Origin: Candidatus Bathyarchaeota archaeon
Lineage (GTDB): Archaea > Thermoproteota > Bathyarchaeia > 40CM-2-53-6
Direction: 5' to 3'
Assembly: GCA_963733055.1 (NCBI GenBank)
Contig: CAVTBR010000001.1
Coordinates: forward strand, 1,280,001 to 1,344,000
DNA length: 64,000 nt
Made by a program: the position numbers and the translations under genes
The notes under the pieces: generated by a model
Databases searched by the model: none
The model's input: the letters and a program-made list of their open reading frames with translations, nothing else
Told to the model about the DNA's origin: nothing
In this document: positions 50,464-59,418 of the stretch, piece after piece
Numbering within the stretch: position 1 is the stretch's first letter
Layout: the number at the start of each line of letters is the position of its first letter

Positions 50464-51360
50464 TCACGAATTTATTATGCGATTTATGACCTTTCTCTTG
50501 AATTCCCCACGTCTTGTGTTGTCCGGTAAGGCTTGCTCAATTATGGAGCTGTAAAATCGCATGAACTTGTAACCGAAGCACTTCTTGATGCCTATAAGTT
50601 CACTTTTGGTGCCCATAAGTTCAGTCCTAAGCGCATCTCTCTCCTTCTCCAACTCGAAGTAAAGGTCCGTGAGCGCCGCGCTTCCACCACAAAGCCTTCG
50701 TCTCACCAGACGCGCATCTTCCAAAACCTCAGCATAACGCTCAACAGTAATCTGATGCCTGTGAATTCTACGCCAATAGGTTACCTTAGGAATATGGAGA
50801 ATATCGCAACCGGTCTTTCCAATAAGTAATGCAAGCTGCATGTCTTCCGCGTATTTTATTGACGTATCCAATCCTTCAGACTGCAAATAGAATTCTTTCC
50901 TGAAAAATAGCTGCGCTGAACCTGGCCACCATCCTGAAATTATAGCCTCAACTAATGTCTTCCCGTAAGGAAGAAACTCATTCGGCCCCTTATCACCAGT
51001 TGAATCAACCCAGTTCGTCCAAACGTAACCGAGACGAGGATTCTCTTCAAATGCCGTCATCACAACAGAAAGCGAATCAGGCATAAGCTTATCGTCACTG
51101 CCTAAACATGTTATTACAGGTCCGCGTGAATGCTCAATGCCCATTGCAGTAGCCGCGGCGCAACCTTCATGCTTCATCTGAACTAACGCGATTCGGTCAT
51201 CTGACATCCTCGACTTGACGACTTCTACTGTTCGATCAATTGAGCCATCGTCAACAACCAAAACATCCCAATCACCATAATCCTGCGCAATCACCGAATC
51301 AATTGCGTCTCCAATGAAACGTTCACGATCGTAAACAGGAATCAGAACGGTAACATGCAA
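50464..51360 (-). CDS. GT2 glycosyltransferase, paralog A
   Basis: TTG start HVTVLIPVYDRERFI, VVDDGS, LGSDD, AEDMQL, C-terminal coiled coil. Confidence 0.9.
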   Translation of the reverse strand: MHVTVLIPVYDRERFIGDAIDSVIAQDYGDWDVLVVDDGSIDRTVEVVKSRMSDDRIALVQMKHEGCAAATAMGIEHSRGPVITCLGSDDKLMPDSLSVVMTAFEENPRLGYVWTNWVDSTGDKGPNEFLPYGKTLVEAIISGWWPGSAQLFFRKEFYLQSEGLDTSIKYAEDMQLALLIGKTGCDILHIPKVTYWRRIHRHQITVERYAEVLEDARLVRRRLCGGSAALTDLYFELEKERDALRTELMGTKSELIGIKKCFGYKFMRFYSSIIEQALPDNTRRGEFKRKVINRIINS

Positions 51361-51410
51361 AATGTAACCACCCACGCACGAAAGAATTCTGCCACGTAGT
51401 TACGGTGGTG

Positions 51411-52346
51411 CTACTCTGCTCGGTACGAGTCTCTTATGCAATCCTTGACATTTCTCTTGAGCTTTCCTCGTCTCGTGCCGTCCGGCAGTGCTGCGTCGAT
51501 TATGGGGCCATACAGTTGCATGAGTTTGTAGCCGAAAGATCGCTTGATGCCCACAAGTTCGTTTCTGAGTACATCTCTCTGATTCTTGACACTCATAAGT
51601 TCACTCCTAAGCGCATTTCTCTCCTTCTCCAATTCGACAAAGTAGAGGTCTGTTAGTGCGGCACTCCCCTCGATGAACCTTCGCCTTACCAGATGCAATG
51701 CTTTTACCTGCTCATCATATGAAAGTTCATTTTGAATTCTGTGAGGATGAATTCTACGCCAGTAAGTTATCTTAGGAATATGGAGTGTGTCGCAGCCGGT
51801 CTTGGCGATCAACAAAGCTAGTTGCAAATCCTCACCATATTGGATCGATTTGTCTAATCTTTCGGATTGCATGTAGAAATCTTTTCTGTAGAATCGCTGT
51901 GCTGAACCTTTCCACCATCCTGAGATTAAAGCCTCAACTAATGTCTTCCCGTAAGGAGGAAAATCACTTGTACCCTTATCGCCAGTTGAATCAATCCAGT
52001 TCGTCCAAACGTAACCGAGACGAGGATTATCTTCAAATGATGGCAATACGGCGGAAAGTGAGCCAGGCATTAGCTTATCGTCGCTATCTAAATTTGTCAC
52101 TATAGGTCCGCGTGCATGCTCTATACCCATCGCAGTAGCTGCCGTAATGCCCGAATGCTTCATTTGAAATAGTTGAATCCGATCATCTGACATTCTAGAC
52201 TTGACGACTTCTACTGTTCGATCAGTTGAACCGTCATCGACAACCAACAGGTCCCAATCATAATAATCCTGGCCAATCACCGAGTCAATGGCGTCCCCGA
52301 TGAAATTTTCACGATTGTAAACAGGTATTAGAACAGTAACATGCAA
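51411..52346 (-). CDS. GT2 glycosyltransferase, paralog B
   Basis: HVTVLIPVYNRENFI, VVDDGS, LDSDD, GEDLQL, colinear with paralog A. Confidence 0.9.
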   Translation of the reverse strand: MHVTVLIPVYNRENFIGDAIDSVIGQDYYDWDLLVVDDGSTDRTVEVVKSRMSDDRIQLFQMKHSGITAATAMGIEHARGPIVTNLDSDDKLMPGSLSAVLPSFEDNPRLGYVWTNWIDSTGDKGTSDFPPYGKTLVEALISGWWKGSAQRFYRKDFYMQSERLDKSIQYGEDLQLALLIAKTGCDTLHIPKITYWRRIHPHRIQNELSYDEQVKALHLVRRRFIEGSAALTDLYFVELEKERNALRSELMSVKNQRDVLRNELVGIKRSFGYKLMQLYGPIIDAALPDGTRRGKLKRNVKDCIRDSYRAE

Positions 52347-52493
52347 AGTGTAACCTCAAACATTGATCTAAACTACATTTATGCCCTTCGGCAACATTAC
52401 GTAAATATCTTCTGGGGGGCCTGGTGGTGCACACACTCAACCACCCCTGCCCACTGTGCGCGTGTCATAAGTTGAAGCGTCGTCATTCTAAAA

Positions 52494-52535
52494 GTGAGTG
52501 TGGGGCTGCTGGTGCGAGGACCCAAATTTGAACCG
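52494..52535 (-). repeat. Right arm of 42-bp imperfect inverted repeat
   Basis: Reads CGGTTCAAATTTGGGTCCTCGCACCAGCAGCCCCACACTCAC on the minus strand. Confidence 0.8.
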
Positions 52536-52585
52536 TCATCGTTCGTCGTAAAAAGCGTGTGTGCGCACCACGGGTACCGGTAAAA

Positions 52586-52740
52586 TGGTGCGGGGAAGGG
52601 GATTCGAACCCCTGAAAGCTTACGTGCCCTGTGCGGGCTCTACGCTACAGGATCCCTTATCCAAGTCAACTCTTCGATCTTAAGTTTAACACCGCGATTT
52701 TCGCGGTCCTGCCCCTTTGACCTGGCTCGGGTATCCCCGC
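52586..52740 (-). tRNA. tRNA-Leu(UAA) with three introns
   Basis: Removing 52686-52707 (30/31), 52654-52678 (37/38) and 52620-52639 (variable arm) gives an 88-nt cloverleaf ending CCA. Each junction forms a BHB-like motif. Confidence 0.88.
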
Positions 52741-52832
52741 ACAAGGACGAGACAAAGATGGTTCAATTGATTAAGCTTCTTCCAGAAGTCGGCCCTTAAT
52801 CCTTTTAGTTTGGCCGCAGCCACGTTTCTATC

Positions 52833-52966
52833 GGGCCCGTAGCTCAGGTTGGATAGAGCGGCAGAACGGTTGCCGAACCCCCTAAGGAACACCGGAAAAA
52901 GCTGTAGAACCCAGTGAGTGGAACTGGGTGCAGAGGTCCGGGGTTCAAATCCCCGCGGGCCCGCCA
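52833..52966 (+). tRNA. tRNA-Arg(CCU) with three introns
   Basis: Removing 52865-52877 (30/31), 52885-52899 (37/38) and 52908-52935 (45/46) gives a 78-nt tRNA. Anticodon at 52881-52883, position 33 is C. Confidence 0.8.
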
Positions 52967-52982
52967 AAAATTCTGGGTAAAT

Positions 52983-53759
52983 CTAGTAATGAATTCTGAT
53001 TGGTTTCTCGAGTACGAAGGGTTGTGGGCGCCCGAACTTTGAGGATCTGTTTGGGGGAAGATGAGATTTGCTTTCTAACCTGGTAATTGGGTTTCCGGCG
53101 TTGTCTACGTACGCGTACTGGTTTTGTAAATGGTCTAGGACGCGGGCTTCGAGTCTGTGGCCGGCCATGTCTTCTGTTGCGCTGTATTCGATGATGACGT
53201 CGGCGAACCGTTTGAGTACGGCTGTTTTCTTTGAGTCATGCATGTCTTCTGTGGCCAGGAGGAAGGCGGTTTGTTCGTTTGTCCTAATTCTGGTGAAGAG
53301 GCGGCATAAGAATGAATAGAGGCCTGCTGGGGCTGTGGAGACCGATAGCACGTTATCGAGAAAGTCACCTATTATCAATGGGACGCGGCCGTTTCGAGTC
53401 TTGGAAAGCCGTTCGAGGTTTAGGCTGAGGTCTGTTAGGTGGTTTGGTTGGACGATCGTAACGCGTTGGCCGTTTGCAGGGTTGAAGTTGTCGGTGAATG
53501 TAGCCCACAGAATTCTTGACGCTGGTGGGAGTTGGAGGGAAAGTGGGGTCGTTGGTCCGAGGGCCAGGAGTGGATTGTTAAGTTTGAGATCGCTTGAGAC
53601 GCATAATGCGTCTTTGAGTATGTTTACCGCGCCGACGTCTCCTTTGACGACGGCGATGATGATTCGGTAGTCGAGCAATGGTCGGGGGAGCTGCATGAGA
53701 ATTGGTGTTGCCGACGAGGTTTCGATATCTTCGCTGTTTGGTGGTGCTTTGAAGGACAT
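52983..53759 (-). CDS. Degenerate RecA/KaiC-like ATPase-fold protein
   Basis: LIIGDFLDNV and AFLLATEDMHD...LKRFADVIIEY resemble the RAD55/KaiC C-terminal half, with no Walker A. Confidence 0.6.
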   Translation of the reverse strand: MSFKAPPNSEDIETSSATPILMQLPRPLLDYRIIIAVVKGDVGAVNILKDALCVSSDLKLNNPLLALGPTTPLSLQLPPASRILWATFTDNFNPANGQRVTIVQPNHLTDLSLNLERLSKTRNGRVPLIIGDFLDNVLSVSTAPAGLYSFLCRLFTRIRTNEQTAFLLATEDMHDSKKTAVLKRFADVIIEYSATEDMAGHRLEARVLDHLQNQYAYVDNAGNPITRLESKSHLPPNRSSKFGRPQPFVLEKPIRIHY

Positions 53760-54284
53760 GTCGGGCGCCGAAACGCCAGTGTACCATAATCAGTATATTA
53801 ATGTTTCAAGACGTTTTGACCGACAACCTAACTCAGATGGACGCGCATAGTTCATGGATGATTATCTTGGCAACGATACGCAAACGCATCAAGTACTTTG
53901 CCGGTTTAGTCTGCACTTTCGGAGGAGTATATCTCGGGAAAGCCTACTGTGCATCATACTGGCCCACTAAACCTAGCATGTGACACGATCGTTCGAGGAG
54001 GCCTCCTCGTTGTCATCGGGCTGCTACTAATTCATTTCAGCAAATGACCACTCGCACATGAACTCTTCAATCGCTCGCGCCGTTGCATTAACGGGTCTGC
54101 ATCAAAAAATGGTCAGAGGTTGAGTAAGGGTCCATACATATTGTAGTGTACTGCGTCCATGGGCACGTGGTATTCTTACTTTAATTTTTGAGAAATTATT
54201 CCTTTAGTTTTCACTCGCGCTTGTCACTGCGGTAGGATATTCTTTATTTCCTAGACTCCTTAGCGGCCTCGAAGGTTTGAAAAT

Positions 54285-55055
54285 TTGCGAAAGATCTTTG
54301 CCGCACTCCTCATGGTCCTGGTAACTATACCGATAGCAAGCAGCCCAGTGTTCGCGTCGAATCCCCCGATGGTTGCGCCGCCTCTACACGCATCGTCACA
54401 AAAGTCCGCAGTAATTCTCTCGTCCTTAGACGCGGTCGCCCCATTGGGACAATATGACCACATGATAACCTACTACCTACAGCACGCCGGGTACCAAGTT
54501 ACGACCCTAAGAAACACGCAAGTCACAGTAGATTTCTTGCTGACTCAACTCAACAACTACAACATCGTGATCTGGAGAACGAACACCTACACCTGGAAAC
54601 ACATCGAATACTGGTACGTCGGAGAGCTGGCTAGTTCAGGAGTCGAAACGAAATACCAAAACGACTTCGCTCTAGGATATATGAACGGCAACGCGGGCAT
54701 AGTTGGGATAAGCCTCAACTTCTTCGCCAACCACTTCACCACCTCAGGCATGCTCTCCAACGTGAAGCTGATGATGGTGATCTCATCTGACTCGGAGTCG
54801 TTCGCTGGCTACCTCATGACTGCAGGCGCTTCAACCGTCGTCTTCTGCAACGGACCGATCTCTCTCGTATTCGGCCAGATGGACGACCTGACGAACCAAG
54901 TCATGGCCAGCTTGTCAATGGGAAAGACGATATACACCGCTGTCTACGGAGTCGTATCACCTTTCATTCAGAACACGAACAACGAAGACCCACTCGACGC
55001 AAGCTATACGCCGCCTTTCTGGTATCAGGGCGACGGCACACTAACAATAACATAA
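54285..55055 (+). CDS. Secreted hypothetical protein
   Basis: Signal peptide MRKIFAALLMVLVTIPIA, 256-aa ORF, RBS-like GAAGGT upstream. Confidence 0.7.
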   Translation: MRKIFAALLMVLVTIPIASSPVFASNPPMVAPPLHASSQKSAVILSSLDAVAPLGQYDHMITYYLQHAGYQVTTLRNTQVTVDFLLTQLNNYNIVIWRTNTYTWKHIEYWYVGELASSGVETKYQNDFALGYMNGNAGIVGISLNFFANHFTTSGMLSNVKLMMVISSDSESFAGYLMTAGASTVVFCNGPISLVFGQMDDLTNQVMASLSMGKTIYTAVYGVVSPFIQNTNNEDPLDASYTPPFWYQGDGTLTIT

Positions 55056-55066
55056 ACACCCCCTCA

Positions 55067-55099
55067 CCCGGGGACAGTTCCGGGATCACACCTTTTTTT
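55067..55099 (+). terminator. Probable terminator
   Basis: CCCGG...CCGGG stem followed by a T7 tract after the stop at 55055. Confidence 0.45.
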
Positions 55100-55156
55100 G
55101 TATTAGGCAATTGGTAAATAGCTTATCAAACAAATTAAGCGCTAATTGAATTTAAT

Positions 55157-56333
55157 TTGTGCGCCTTCAAAGAATCCGTCGTCATCCATAAGGGACTGGA
55201 CAACGTCTACGTGAAAGAGAGTAGAATCTGTTTCATTGACGGCGAGATGAGTAAACTATTCTACAGAGGCTACAGCATAGAAGACCTCGCAGACCATTCC
55301 ACATTCGAAGAAACCGCATATCTTCTAATCTTTGGCTGGCTACCCACGAGTACCCAACTTCAGAAATTCAAAGATCAGCTCGAATCCTACCGACCCCTCG
55401 ATCCAGACGCCTTGCAACTCCTCCGCAGTTTTCCCGCCCACAGCGACCCAATGGACGTACTACGCACCGCAGGTCTCCGCGTTAGGACTCTATGATCCAC
55501 AACCAATGTCCGATGACATTGAAGTTAGACGAGACAAAGGACTAAAGATCCTAGCCAAAGTTCCAACAATTATCACCGCATTCGACCGCCTCCGGAACGA
55601 TAAGGAACCAGTCCCCCCGAAACCAGGGTTAGGCCACGCGGCTGATTTTCTCTACATGCTAACCGGGAAAGAACCCGATTTGTCTGATGCTCACGCAATG
55701 GACGTCGCCCTGATCTTACATGCCGAACACGAGATGAATGCCTCCACTTTCGCCTGCACCGTAACCGCATCCACCCTAGCCGACATGTATTCCATCCTAA
55801 CCTCTGGAATCGGAACATTACGAGGCCCGTTGCACGGCGGCGCGAATGAGGTTGCATTACGGGCTGTTCTGGAAGTTGGAGACGCAAGCCGGGCTGAGAG
55901 TTACGTGGTTGAAGCGTTGGCGCAGAAGAAGAAGATTATGGGGTTCGGTCATAGAGTATACAAGAGCTGGGATCCCCGATACTTGATCATTAAGAAACTC
56001 GGCGGAGAGCTTGCCGTCAAGAAGGGGCAATCCAAGCTATTCGACACGGCGGTCGCGATTGAGATGAGCGCGCGAAAGCATTTGGAGGGAACTACGATTT
56101 TTCCGAATGTCGACTCCTACTCAGGCGTCCTATTCCATATTCTCGGCATTCAGACAGATCTATTCACTCCGATCTTCGCAATGAGTAGAATTGCAGGATG
56201 GATAGCCCATTCAATCGAATACCTGCAGGCAAACCGCTTGATTAGGCCAAAAGCCCTGTACGTCGGAAAGATCGGGGTCCCGTACCTACCATTAGGGTCG
56301 AGAAGCGGCAGGGCAGAGGAGGAGAAGGAGTAG
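55157..56333 (+). pseudogene. gltA: Citrate synthase split by a +1 frameshift (pseudogene or sequencing error)
   Basis: First frame has KGL...LFYRGY...FEETAYLL...PMDVLRTA. Second frame has VSALG...HAEHEMNASTF, GPLHGGAN, GFGHRVYK, PNVD. Extra G at 55472/55473. Confidence 0.88.
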
Positions 56334-56339
56334 GCAAGA

Positions 56340-56759
56340 ATGAGAGTGAGCCACATAGTAACCCGACCGTTGATCACGATCACCACAGGCAGCACAGTAT
56401 TGGACGCGGCAAAACTAATGGTTGAAAAAAACATTGGCCTATTAGTAATAGTTGAGGGCACGAAGCTAGTCGGCGTAATCTCTGAGAGGGACATCATCAG
56501 GACGATCTCTTCGGGTCAACCCCTCAGCGTACCAGTCGACGGGGTGTGCACGAAGCAAGTCGTCACGGTGCAAGGGAACTCCGATGTTGCGGAAGCCGCG
56601 AAGGCCATGAACAAGAACCGGATCAGACATGTTGTCGTGGTCGACGATAAAGGACAACTCATGGGAGTTGTTTCGATGAGAGATCTTGTGGGAGAACGTG
56701 GTACCCTCACCGCGATCCTCCAATCCGATGAGAAAGAGGTTTTTCACGGGGGAGACTAA
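56340..56759 (+). CDS. CBS domain pair protein
   Basis: AAKLMVEKNIG...GVISERDI and AAKAMNKNRIRH...GVVSMRDL. Confidence 0.92.
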   Translation: MRVSHIVTRPLITITTGSTVLDAAKLMVEKNIGLLVIVEGTKLVGVISERDIIRTISSGQPLSVPVDGVCTKQVVTVQGNSDVAEAAKAMNKNRIRHVVVVDDKGQLMGVVSMRDLVGERGTLTAILQSDEKEVFHGGD

Positions 56760-58069
56760 TTCATTTCCCGAAGTTTCTGAACAAGCCCGTCGAGACGCAC
56801 TTCGGTTTCTGTCCTCGTCGCCATCTCTTTCACCTTGACCACTCTGGACTGAATCTCTTGTGGCCCCAAGACTATCAGGTATGGAATCTTAGCCGCGTTC
56901 GCGTATTCCAGCTGCTTACTCAGAGATCTTCCCATTAGATCAAATTCCGCTGCGATTCCGCCATCGCGAAGACTCTCCGCAACCCGAACTGATTCCAGCC
57001 GTGATTCTTCCTTTACCGTTGCTACAAACACCTTTGAACCGAGCGGCATCTTGGGATAAAGGTTAGCCCGCTCGAGGGATATCATTAGGCGTTCGATTCC
57101 TCCTGCGATGCCGGTGGCGGGTATGTCGCGTTTGCCGTAGATCCTGCAAAGCTTGTCATACCTTCCTCCTCCGAAGATTGATCCCACATCTTCGCCCCCC
57201 TTGTCAAAGCCTTCGAACACGATCCCATCATAGTACCCGATGCCACGTACGATGCTCATGTCATACACGCAACGATCCAATCGTCCGTATGCAGCGAGTC
57301 CGTCTGAAAGTGTTTCCAACTCTTCTAACCCCTTCTTCGCCTCGGGTTCTGTGAATTTGAAACCGGAAAGCTTGGTGAGGGCGGCCTTGGGGGATCCGTT
57401 GATTGAGATGTAATCGAAAATCTTCCCTACAATGTTTTCCTCAATCTCGAGGGCCATGAAATCTTTGATCAATCGTTCGCGGTTTTCCTTCCGCATTTTG
57501 TCTATGATCCTCAAACATTGTTCAAGTTTCTCGCCGGAACGGATTCCAAGTTGCTTCAGATATGCTTCGGCGAGTTTTCGGTTGCTTATTCGGATGAGGA
57601 AGTCTTTCAATCCGGCGTTAACTAGAATGTCGGCACCGACACAGATCACTTCGGCATCCGCGAGTGGGCTCTCGGAGCCGAAAATTTCTACGTCCCATTG
57701 AGTGAAGTATCGGTATCTTGCAAATTGTGGTTCGTCGTAGCGCCAGTTTCCTCCGATTGTGGCGAATTTAATCGGCGCAGGCAGGTCGGAACGGTTCGCG
57801 ATCATACGGGCGAGGCCAACCGTCAGATCGAACCTTAAGCCGAGGCTTCGATCGGCCTTGTCCTTGAACCAGTAGATTTCGTCACGTATTCCCGTGCCGC
57901 TCTTGGCTTCAAGTGTCTTTAAGTTCTCAATCGTTGTGGGCTCTACCATCCGGAACCCGTACCGAGAGACGACCTCACGAATCCTATCGTACAACCATAA
58001 TCTGCGAGCCATCTCTTCAGCTTCTATGTCCCGCATTCCTCGAGGCAAAGTGAAGGCGTCTGAGGACAA
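56756..58069 (-). CDS. hisS: Histidine--tRNA ligase
   Basis: PRGMRD, LRFDLTV, WRYDEPQFARYRYFTQ, VRGIGYYDG, GGGRYD, GIERL. Confidence 0.96.
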   Translation of the reverse strand: MSSDAFTLPRGMRDIEAEEMARRLWLYDRIREVVSRYGFRMVEPTTIENLKTLEAKSGTGIRDEIYWFKDKADRSLGLRFDLTVGLARMIANRSDLPAPIKFATIGGNWRYDEPQFARYRYFTQWDVEIFGSESPLADAEVICVGADILVNAGLKDFLIRISNRKLAEAYLKQLGIRSGEKLEQCLRIIDKMRKENRERLIKDFMALEIEENIVGKIFDYISINGSPKAALTKLSGFKFTEPEAKKGLEELETLSDGLAAYGRLDRCVYDMSIVRGIGYYDGIVFEGFDKGGEDVGSIFGGGRYDKLCRIYGKRDIPATGIAGGIERLMISLERANLYPKMPLGSKVFVATVKEESRLESVRVAESLRDGGIAAEFDLMGRSLSKQLEYANAAKIPYLIVLGPQEIQSRVVKVKEMATRTETEVRLDGLVQKLREMN

Positions 58070-58186
58070 CTCGTTTCACATCTGCGTGACTTCTGTGGAA
58101 CCCATCCTATAACGTAGTAAGTCGAAGCGCATCCGAGATTGTGCAAGGCTTATAGTGAAGTATAGGTTATCCAACCTCGAATCTTC

Positions 58187-58708
58187 ATGCCCGTCAAAAG
58201 CCGAGATCTTTGGACCGCAGTACTGGCAGGCACCGTTGTTACCGGCGTACTCACCGCCATTCTGGAAGCAGCGACCCTAACACCGCCCTATTCAGACGCG
58301 GTCGGGGCTTTCGTCGGGGGTGCAGTAGCAGCATTGGTACTGTACGGAAAGGTTGGGCAAGCTACGGCGGCTGGCGCGCTGTCGGGCGCTCTCGGAACGC
58401 CATTCTACCTTGGAGTTTCAGAAATCCTATTCATCTTCGGCGTAATCCCGACACCCTCAGGTCCGTCGCCACCTATGTCGGAATTGCAGGTGGCTGTCGT
58501 CATAATACTGGGAATAAACGTGGTTACAGGAACGATTGGTGGAAGTCTGTTGGGAGCAATTCGCCATCCACCCGCTGAAGCGGTCATGCCACCTGCGCAG
58601 GTGACCCCAGGGACCGTGTCTCAGGTTAGGTACTGTGTTCAGTGCGGTGCCGCACTACCAACCGGCGCGGTCGTTTGCCCGCAATGTAACGCACGGCAGC
58701 CTCAGTAG
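58187..58708 (+). CDS. Membrane protein with C-terminal zinc ribbon
   Basis: Gly-rich TM helices followed by YCVQCG...VCPQCN. Confidence 0.75.
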   Translation: MPVKSRDLWTAVLAGTVVTGVLTAILEAATLTPPYSDAVGAFVGGAVAALVLYGKVGQATAAGALSGALGTPFYLGVSEILFIFGVIPTPSGPSPPMSELQVAVVIILGINVVTGTIGGSLLGAIRHPPAEAVMPPAQVTPGTVSQVRYCVQCGAALPTGAVVCPQCNARQPQ

Positions 58709-58728
58709 TCGGCAGAGTCTGGGGCTCT

Positions 58729-59295
58729 CTAAACTTTGAGTGAACTTAGCGTATAGTATACGATATCTGTTCGCCGGTCCACAACGGCAAGTATCAGTTC
58801 TTTCTTTTCCTTATCTGAGTACTTGAGAAGTTTTCCCAGTTTCTTCAAGCTAGCTTCTCCTCCTTCGTAGACGATGGAGATTAGTCGCCTCAAGGGGCCC
58901 TTTCCGTAAATGTCGAAGTCGAAGGCCTTCGTTGATTCGCGCACAATGTATCCTCTATCCCGAAGGTCCCTGTAAACCAGATACTTTATCCAAATTTCCG
59001 GTTTCCCAACTGAGAACTTGCGGACCAAGTCTCGCAGTTCTAGTTCGTGCTCGCTGCGTTTGTCGAAGATGCGTATCTTCTGCTTCTCTAGGAGGTAGAA
59101 GGACTCGTACGCGGTAAACAGGAGTTTGTCTCCTCTAAGATCTCCGAATCCTCGATCCCTGAGCTCCATTAGTTCAGGTTTGTATGGTATGTAGACGCGC
59201 TTTGCGTCCGCCATTGTGTTCCATGGAGTGAACTGAGGTTTTTCTTCGGCCTGCGCTGGGGGGGTGATTGCGGGTTGGTTGGCGGTGTTCTCCAA
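58729..59295 (-). CDS. tRNA splicing endonuclease, probable structural (non-catalytic) subunit
   Basis: YESFYLLE, YLVYRDLRDRGYIVR, ELILAVVD...IVYY. Lacks the KY/FG loop and catalytic His. Confidence 0.85.
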   Translation of the reverse strand: MENTANQPAITPPAQAEEKPQFTPWNTMADAKRVYIPYKPELMELRDRGFGDLRGDKLLFTAYESFYLLEKQKIRIFDKRSEHELELRDLVRKFSVGKPEIWIKYLVYRDLRDRGYIVRESTKAFDFDIYGKGPLRRLISIVYEGGEASLKKLGKLLKYSDKEKKELILAVVDRRTDIVYYTLSSLKV

Positions 59296-59418
59296 GTTTT
59301 TGCACTTGGTGACCCGCAGGCGTGTCGTTCAATTAATGCTTTTGCGCCGAGTTGACATGCCGCGAGCTTGTGAGGAAAGCTAATTCTAGATGCGTGGCGG
59401 TGTTGTGACTGATTCGCT

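Larger units (their letters stand above)
50333..52605. mobile_element. tRNA-Leu-anchored islet carrying two GT2 paralogs, no integrase
   Basis: Bounded by the tRNA 3'-end direct repeat, internal 42-bp inverted repeats, cargo more AT-rich than flanks by eye. Confidence 0.65.

Noticed and set aside
53801-53983. 60-aa ORF in the intergenic gap
   Set aside because: No motif, RBS or compositional support.
55460-55480. Programmed ribosomal frameshift in citrate synthase
   Set aside because: No slippery heptamer or obvious stimulatory structure at the shift site.
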